Shown here: positions 55,799-64,000 of the stretch, piece after piece | How the letters are laid out: every line of letters begins with the position of its first letter | Position numbering within the stretch: position 1 is the stretch's first letter | Source of the DNA: Octopus vulgaris | Lineage: Eukaryota | Assembly (NCBI GenBank): GCA_951406725.2 | Contig: OX597827.1 | Span: 10,292,001-10,356,000, forward strand | Length of the DNA stretch: 64,000 nucleotides | Direction of reading: 5' to 3' | The notes under the pieces: generated by a model | What the model was told of the DNA's origin: nothing | The model's input: the letters and a program-made list of their open reading frames with translations, nothing else | Database searches by the model: none | Program-made: the position numbers and the translations under genes

Positions 55799-57964
55799 AT
55801 GCTACTCAGCTGTAAATCAATAGAAACCAATTTTTGGTGCAGCCCTCTCTATCTGTCTATCATCCATCCTGGATATTCTGCTAGGTCAAGGATGAGAGAG
55901 CCAAGAGGGTATCTGTGTCAGGTCAGGATCACACAAGTGTCCAAAGCAATTGCTGATAGCATGGGACATATTACCACATTCACAAAGGATGGTTGGCTGT
56001 ACGACTTTAATTTTATCCTTCATCATTTATCTTTTACTTGCTTCACTCATTGGATTGTGGCCATGCTGGAGTGCCACCTTGAAGGGTTTAGCTGGACAAA
56101 TTTACCCCATTACTTATTTTAAAGTTTTGTACTTATTCAATCATTCTGTTTTTGTCGAACTGCTAGGTCACAGGGCCATAAACAAACCAACACCAGATGT
56201 CAAGTAGCGGTGGGAGCAAACAAAGACACACACACAAACATACATATATATGTACAAATACATGTGAATGTGTGTGTATGTGTATACACACACATACACG
56301 CATACATATACATACATGCATATATACATACATATATAAGCACATATATATCATGAACTAGCTGTTACTTTCTCAGATGCCGCATGAAGTTTTGTCAGTG
56401 AACAGGTTGTGGTTTCAAAGTGATGAAAATATTTTGACACAAATTAAATTTAAATATTGAAGTGAAACTAACGGTTTTTTGTGTGTTCTTAAATGGTTTA
56501 TAAACATCTTTGATGTTGTAATTGTTATATATATATATATACATATATATATACATACTGTTCCGTAGTGATAAAAATCAACAAAAATAATATTCCATCT
56601 GGTGAAAGATAAATATTATTTAATAAACACAATATATGTTTTTTATGTGCTACTCTCATGTGCTGAGAGCATGCCAGATAGTATTTTTTAACACATCTGG
56701 TGTCCTAACACAATCATCATTTATTAAAACATATTATGTTTTTATATATATATATATATATATATGTATAATGAGCTTCCACAGTTTCCATCTACCAAAT
56801 TCACTTCAAGACATAGATCAACATGGGGGCTATATTAGAAGACATATGCCTATGGTGCAGCATACTAGGACTAAAGTAGAAACAATGTGTATACAAAGTG
56901 TACTCTTTAAACATGCTGCCATGTCAGGCACCTACAGCATCATTTTTAGAATTTTAATACAATCTTGCCATGACTAGAGAAAGAGAGAGTGCAGCTTTAG
57001 TAACTTCAACTTGCATTAAGATTTTCTTAGCAACTGCTTATCCTTTTATAACTATCCACAATATATTAATAGCTTTAGGGCAGCAAACAGACAGAATTGT
57101 TAGCATGACGGGAAAAATGCTTAGCAGCATTTCATCCCTCTTTGTGTTCTGAGTTCAAATTCCACCGAAGTTGACTTTGTCTTTTGTCCTTTTAGAATTG
57201 ATAAAATAAGTACCAGTAAGTAAACGACTTACCCTATCCCCTAACTTGCTGACTTAGTGCCAGGATTTAAAACCTATATATTAAAGGCAGCGAGCTGGCA
57301 GAAACGTTAGCATGCCGGGCGAAGTCCTTGTTTGTCCACCTCTATGTTTAGCTCCATGTGGGTAGTAAAGAAATATATTAATGGTGTTATTAAGCTGGAT
57401 ACAATCATTTAAATAACTGCAAAATTCTTAGCAGCTATTTTGATCAATAAATTACTGATGCTGTGTTCACTTCTAAAGCTAAAATATCATCGCCATTGTC
57501 ATCAATGACATCAATGTGACATCTAGTTTTCTAGGCTTGCATGGGTCAGATGGATTTCACTGAGGTAGATTTTTCTATTGCTTGATGATCTTCACCAACA
57601 CTCATCTTTTTCCAAGCAAGGTTAATATTTACTCATGGCTGGACATGTTTATTCAGGAAATCAGAAATAAATGACAGCACTTATATGATGATAATGCTTG
57701 TTTTACAACTATTGAGCTGGCTAAGATTAGGAGACACTTACACAAATGCACATCGATATACATACACACATGCATGAACACACACACACATGCACGTGCA
57801 TGTGCACACATACTAACACAGAGCCACCACCACTTTCCCCATTCACTTCCACTCACTTCATATCATGAATGCCCCTGACAACTCCTCACCACTGTTTTTA
57901 TCTCTTTCCATTTCCATCTGATCACCCCACTCCATTCTCTCTTCTGAAATGTGAGTAGTCATGA

Positions 57965-58305
57965 GGCCAGAAGAAACGCTACAAGGACTCCCTGAAATCG
58001 AACCTCAAAAAGAGTGACATTGACTTCACCAACTGGGAGGAAACGGCAAAAAACAGACCACTCTGGAAAACCACCATCCATGAGGGAACGGCGACTTTCG
58101 AGTCGAAAAGGTCTGCAGAGCTGGAGGAGAAAAGACGACGACGGAAGGAGCGCCAACAACAACCACGTGCGACTCTCCCTTCCGGCACTAGATGTCCGCA
58201 CTGTGACCGATCTTTTCAAGCAAGAATTGGTCTTATCGGTCACCTACGGACTCACCAGTAAATTTGCGTGAAGACCATCATCCTCGACCTTGAGGGATTG
58301 CCATC
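57965..58305 (+). mobile_element. Young 5'-truncated RTE/BovB-like LINE
   Basis: Uninterrupted 98-codon frame GQKKRYKDSLK...CPHCDRSFQARIGLIGHLRTHQ*; 3' stem-loop; 8-bp TSD AGTCATGA at 57957-57964 and 58306-58313. Confidence 0.92.
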
Positions 58306-58659
58306 AGTCATGAAGTTTATCTACGGCAAGAAACCCATTCTGTTCTGATTCCTTCTCTCAAACTTTAAACCCCACTTTCTAAAGCACAAAGTTGCATCCC
58401 TCTCTTTCTGTAACCCCACTTAGTCGAAGAGGGTCTCAGTTTCATAGGCTACATGGTCATCTGACTAGGGCTGGTTCCATGAAAAACACACCTAATACAT
58501 GCTGGCAAAGGACTGGCATTAATAAGGCCATCGGAGTACAATGCTGTCTTTGAACTTGTTGGAATTTGTCAAACTATCCATCTCATCCCAGTATGGAACA
58601 TAGATGCTAAAGGATCATGATGATGATATTTCTGTGTGTGTATCTCTCTCTTTCTCTCT

Positions 58660-59196
58660 TTGCATGCATGCATGCACACAACATGCACACATGCACACAA
58701 CATGCACACATGCACACACTCCACACACACAAGGACATTATTTACACACACAGACATACTACACACACATACACATACGCATACAAACATCACACACACA
58801 CATATACACACATACAAACACCACCATACACACACAGACAAACACATCACATACACACACGCATGCTAGCACAAACACATGCACACAAACATACCACACA
58901 TACACACACATACACAAACATGCCACACACACATACACACCACATACACACACACATGCATGCAAACTCACCACACACACATACCACATACACACACATG
59001 CATGCACAAACACACACACACAAACATACCACACATACCCGCACACACACAAGTAAGCCACACTGAGATATACGCACACATAGAAACACAACACACACAT
59101 ACACACTTACAAACACCACACACACACACACACACGCACACACACAAACATTCACACACGCTCACACACACATGCACACACACACACATAGACACA
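58660..59196. repeat. Degenerate (CA)n tract
   Basis: Low-complexity CA repeat. Confidence 0.9.
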
Positions 59197-59990
59197 TATT
59201 GGAAATCTAGTTATTTTATGAATGTCAACAGAAAAGCTTTGTGGTATACATGACTGCATATGCTGCAAGAATTGTTCAGTGAAGCACAAAGTGATTTGAC
59301 TGACCGGTTTATAGAATCAATAACATGTGTATGAATCAATAATGAAGTAATACTTTTGAAATAATTAGCATATCATAGTCTATATACTTTGTTTAGTACA
59401 GTAATTAACTATTAAGTCCATACGGCCTTATTGAAAATTGCTGTCAATCAAGTTGTTGTTGTTTAACCCCGAGTCAATCTTGATTGAACAGGCTTATGTA
59501 CAAAGACATTTTTGTGTATAACAAGGACTTTGCCAAGTGTATCCTTCTTTATATAAAATTGATATGAGTTATTTCTGCCACCCAAGTAGGCTTTGGAAGA
59601 ATTTAAAGGATTTGAAAGATGGATAACAAATGAAATACTGAATGCTGAGAGAAATATTTATGTTGAAAAGAGAAAAGGTAGAAGAGAGAGAGATAGATGT
59701 CTAGTCCTTAGAACGCCCATGCTGGAAAGAAAGATGGTCACGTAAGGAAAAGAAAGATGGACGATGGTCACGTGTGAGCAGCGTGAGAGAGAAGAAAAGA
59801 AAGATGGGGAGAAAGGGAGAGATATAGAAAACGGTAAGAGGGAGAAAAAGGGAATTAGAGAGGATAGGGGAGAAGAGAGTCTAGAATAGAGTCGGATCAA
59901 AAAGTTTAAGATAAACTTACTCAGAAATGGATGTGTGTCAATCAAATAATAATATAAATAATATATATATATATGTATGTATATGTGTAA

Positions 59991-60036
<46 letters not shown>

Positions 60037-60042
<6 letters not shown>

Positions 60043-60323
60043 ACCGACCAGTCCATCAGATGTAGTTACACATCGCTGGTCACAATGTGTTTGCATTGTT
60101 TTTTTAGCCTTCGAATGACGCCACCCCGCTGGCTAAGCGAGCAGGCCAACAGAAGAAAGAGTGGTGAAAGAGTACAGCAGGGATCACCACCCCCTGCCAG
60201 AGCCTTGTGGAACTTTTAGGTCTTTTCGCTCAATAAATACTCACAACGCTCGGTCTGGGAATCGAAACCGCGATCCTATGACCGCGAGTCCGCTGCCCTA
60301 ACCACTGGGCCATTGCGCCTCCA
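60037..60323 (-). mobile_element. SINE-B, tail type 2
   Basis: Match to 13836-14152; inserted in (TA)n. Confidence 0.9.
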
Positions 60324-60324
60324 C

Positions 60325-60373
<49 letters not shown>

Positions 60374-60634
60374 TTGCGTTTGTGCAGATTGTTGGTGATT
60401 TTTCCTTATTTTTCCTTCTTCCTCTTTGGACTTACCTCTTTCAGACAAGGAGCTATGCTCAAAACATTAACAACTCTCTCCTTTCACCAAGCATTAAATA
60501 AATATATTGGTTGTGCACATCCTCACCTTAGTTTTTCTCACTTTTTCTCTGTTTTAGTTACTGCTTGTTCTTTGAATTGACTATACATATATATGCATAT
60601 ACATACTTAAAAATATATATATGCTTTCACTGCA

Positions 60635-60663
<29 letters not shown>

Positions 60664-60670
<7 letters not shown>

Positions 60671-60950
60671 TATAATTTAGGGTATCTAAGAGATACCATC
60701 ACGCTGGAAATAGCAGTTAGAACTTGACACTAAAACCACATTAAATGTTCTTTCTAGTTTATTTTGTCTCTTTGTCTTCTCTCCTAGTGCAATATGAACA
60801 TTTAATGTAGTTCTAGAGTCAAGTTCTTACTGCTATTTCCAGTGTAGTGGTATCTCTTAGATACCCTAAATTATAATTTTAAATAATTATTACCTGTGAA
60901 AGGTTTTTATTCCCATGCTGGCCACCTGATAAGATTGGTATTTAAATATC
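60664..60950. mobile_element. (TA)n-anchored foldback element
   Basis: Arms about 60665-60750 and 60796-60880; homologous to 31950-32137. Confidence 0.8.
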
Positions 60951-60984
60951 GATCTTATCCTTATTTATATATATATGTATATAT

Positions 60985-61277
60985 CACTGTGATCACCGTG
61001 ACCGACCAGGCTATCAGATGTTGCTACACATCGCTGGTCACAATGCGCTTTGCATTGTTTTCTAGCCTTCAAATGCCACCCCGCTGGCTAAGCGAGCAGG
61101 CCAACAGAAGAAAGAGTGAGAGAAAGTTGTGGCGAAAGAGTACAGCAGGGATCGCCACCACCCCATGCCGGAGCCTCGTGGAGCTTTAGGTGTTTTCGCT
61201 CAATGAACACTCACAATGCCCAGTCTGGGAATCGAAACCGCGATCCTACGACCGCGAGTCCGCTGCCCTAACCACTG
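60985..61277 (-). mobile_element. SINE-B, tail type 2
   Basis: Family match; extreme 5' end missing. Confidence 0.9.
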
Positions 61278-61709
61278 GAACTGAACTAGAGACAATGCAG
61301 CTACAAAGTCAGCTTAACTACATAACCATAACCAAGCCTGCAGAAATATAATCTAATATTTTGGGAAGCCTTAGCTCTAATATCTTAATTCCATAATCTA
61401 TTTAATAAATTTTGAATCGTAAATATTCACCATCATAGATTAGTTTTTTGAATATTATATCTATAATTTTAATCAAAATATATGTGATTTTCTTCAGTCA
61501 GGTACCTCCTGATTGCTATTGGTAACATGTGGTCCAGTACAGCACAATATTTTGCATGGTTTGGTTATCACCAGCTAAACAAACTGTCCTATGAATCTTA
61601 CCTTGTGAGGTTGGTTGCTAAAATCTTTGCAGGACAAAGTCATAACCTGTCAAAAGGTAGGATGGACCCAATTTAGGGTGGAATATCTATGTAGTAATAA
61701 GACATAAGT

Positions 61710-61960
61710 GGAGGTGCGTGGCTTAGTGGTTAAGGTGTCAGCATCATGATCGTAAGATTGTGGTTTTGATTCCTGGACTGGGTGATGCGTTGTGTTCTTG
61801 AGCAAAACACTTCATTTCATGTTGCTCCAGTCCACTCAGCTGGCAAAAATGAGTAACACTGTGATGGACTGGCATCCCGTCCAGCTGGGGAAGACATACG
61901 CCATTGAAACCAGGAAACTGGACCCATGAGCCTGGCTAGGCTTTAAAAGGGCGCATTTAT
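61710..61960 (+). mobile_element. tRNA-derived SINE (family F)
   Basis: A-box TGGCTTAGTGG; ctgtgatggactggcatcccgtccag segment. Confidence 0.8.
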
Positions 61961-61976
61961 GTTTTAATATGACATA

Positions 61977-62305
61977 AAGGTGCAAGGCTCAGTGGTTAGA
62001 TTGCTGAGCATGCAATTGTGAGGTTGTGAGTTTGATTCCTGGACTGGGCTGTATGTTGTGTTCTGAACAAGACACTTTACTTCATGTTGCTCCAGTATGC
62101 TCAGCTGTAGAAATGAGTTGCAATGTCACTGGTTCCAAAGTGTATCAGCCTTTGCCTTTACCTTGTACAACAAAAGTGGTGCAGAGAAGCGTGACTGGTA
62201 TGCATGAGCGACTGCTGGTCTTCTACAAACAACCTTGCCCAGACTTGTGCATTGAAGGTGAACTTTCATCATGGTGCAATTTCATGGTCATTTGTGACTG
62301 AAGGA
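61977..62305 (+). mobile_element. tRNA-derived SINE (family E)
   Basis: Match to 8330-8660. Confidence 0.78.
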
Positions 62306-63742
62306 AGTTTTTAACCCTGATAGCACAAGAAGTTAGAAATTCTATATTAGAGTCCAGTGTGCTGTATGACCACTGAGAGTGAGGCATCCATTACGTTTTG
62401 CTAAAGCAGGTCCAAGAAAAAGCAATACTGTGTCTGTAGATATACTGGCAGCATAACTGGGAGGGTGGTTTCAGTTTGGCAGCTTAAACCCTCGTTACCT
62501 GTGAATACTTTCGAACAGGCTAAGGCTAAAGGAGTCAACCCCAACAGGTAAATCAGGCTGGAAGAGATCTCAGGGCTCATCAAACTTACTTATCTCAAAA
62601 AGAGCTTGAAGACACAACAACAAATGGCTGTCTAAGACCTCTGACCCTAAGACATGAAGGTGGGAACATGAATATTCATACCACGTATGTTGCTTCTTTT
62701 TTTCTTTTTTTTTTACAATTATTAAATGTATAAGCAGTTTCTTATTTTGATGTAATTAGAAAAATATAAAGACAAGAACATAGATGATCGGACTGATTGT
62801 GAAGAAGTCACATGTACTAAAAAAAGGAAAAGCAAAAAAAATAAATAAATGCACAAAATGAAACAAAGTGAAATATTGTGGAGTGCTCAGTGAAACATTA
62901 TTGATTTCTTTAAGATGAATGAAGTTGCTTAATGTTTATAATGTTTATCTTACTAATTTTATTACTTTGTCTGTCGTCGTCATCCTCTTCATCATCATTC
63001 TAGTGTCCGTCTTCATTATCATTTATTATCATCATTGTTGTGGTCATAGCTGTCATTCCACCAGCATCACAACCACGACCACCACCACCAACAACATCAC
63101 CTTCATGACCACCAATAATTCATCTTCATTTTCGAATATAATTTACTTTTTTGAATATATTCCGAAGGGTAATTAAAAAGTAACAAAATCTATAATATGG
63201 ATTATTTCAAACTACGAGATAAACAATAAATATAAATAAATAAAAAAAATGGTTAAATAACAACTTCCTGTTATTGATGAATTCTTACATAGCAATAATG
63301 GTTTAGACATAAACAGAACTGTACTGCAAAAAGGTAGTTTCCTTTTCTGTTTTATTATGACTTTACCAAAGTTTATTCTTGAGTGATGATAAGAGTACGA
63401 CTGAGAAGTGGGAATTGGAACAGAACAACAGTTTAGGTTCATTACACTCACTCTTCAGGTGCACTGCTTTTTCAGATTCCCATGACTCTCTCTCACCATT
63501 CAGTTCCATTGTTATGAATTTGAATTGGGAGCTTGTGTCATAGAGAATCTCTCATCAGCTGATTACACAACTATAGATGCTGCTCTTGTAGACATGTTGC
63601 AGTTATTCTCTTGATAAAGACTGATGATCCTGACGGTTGATCTTCTAGGGTTCCTTCAACTCAGCATCAATGTACGAAGCACCAATGGCTCAGTTGAGCT
63701 CTTCCACTACCTCTTCAAAATCTGCCATACTGCAGTCCCATA

Positions 63743-63973
63743 TATTTCTTTATTAGCCACAAGGGGATAAACACAGAGGGGACAAACAAAGACAGACAAA
63801 CGGATTAAGTCGATTACATCGACCCCCAGTGCGTAACTGGTACTTAATTTATCGACCCTGAAAGGATGAAAGGCAAGGTCGACCTTGGGGGAATTTGAAC
63901 TCAGAACACAGTGGCAGATGAAATACCGCAAAGCATTTCACCCGGCGTGCTAACGTTTCTGCCAGCTCGCCGC
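63743..63973 (-). mobile_element. SINE-C
   Basis: Family match; flanking GTCCCATA duplication. Confidence 0.9.
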
Positions 63974-64000
63974 TGGTCCCATAACTTCATCATATCCTTG

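Noticed and set aside
61602-61646. 45-nt minus-strand exon candidate
   Set aside because: The plus strand reads NKLSYESYLVRL, suggesting a CR1/L2-type relic, so the splice signals may be chance
63289-63323. 35-nt minus-strand exon candidate
   Set aside because: Only moderate splice signals and no other support
63535-63565. Minus-strand CTGATGA-GAGA-TTCTC
   Set aside because: No GAAA or cleavage triplet follows

Overview
AT-rich, microsatellite-dense eukaryotic DNA. From recalled SINE families it is most likely Octopus; this was not checked against a database. It reads as intronic/intergenic sequence: I found no intact protein-coding gene, and nearly all ORFs in the track are translated simple repeats. 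The window holds many copies of several tRNA-derived SINE families, a family ending in a (TGA)n tail (family D), LINE relics (RTE-type, R4/Dong-like), a hAT MITE with a nested SINE, and an 800-bp palindromic minisatellite. A few short minus-strand exon candidates suggest the 5'UTR/first introns of a large gene or a lncRNA. The main finding is about 14 complete, variant or partial minimal type I hammerhead-ribozyme motifs from several unrelated short elements. Many of these elements are (TA)n-anchored and/or fold back on themselves, consistent with non-autonomous Penelope-like/retrozyme-like elements. A second finding is a tandemly iterated compact H-type pseudoknot module in family D. All structures were folded by eye; most repeat boundaries are approximate.
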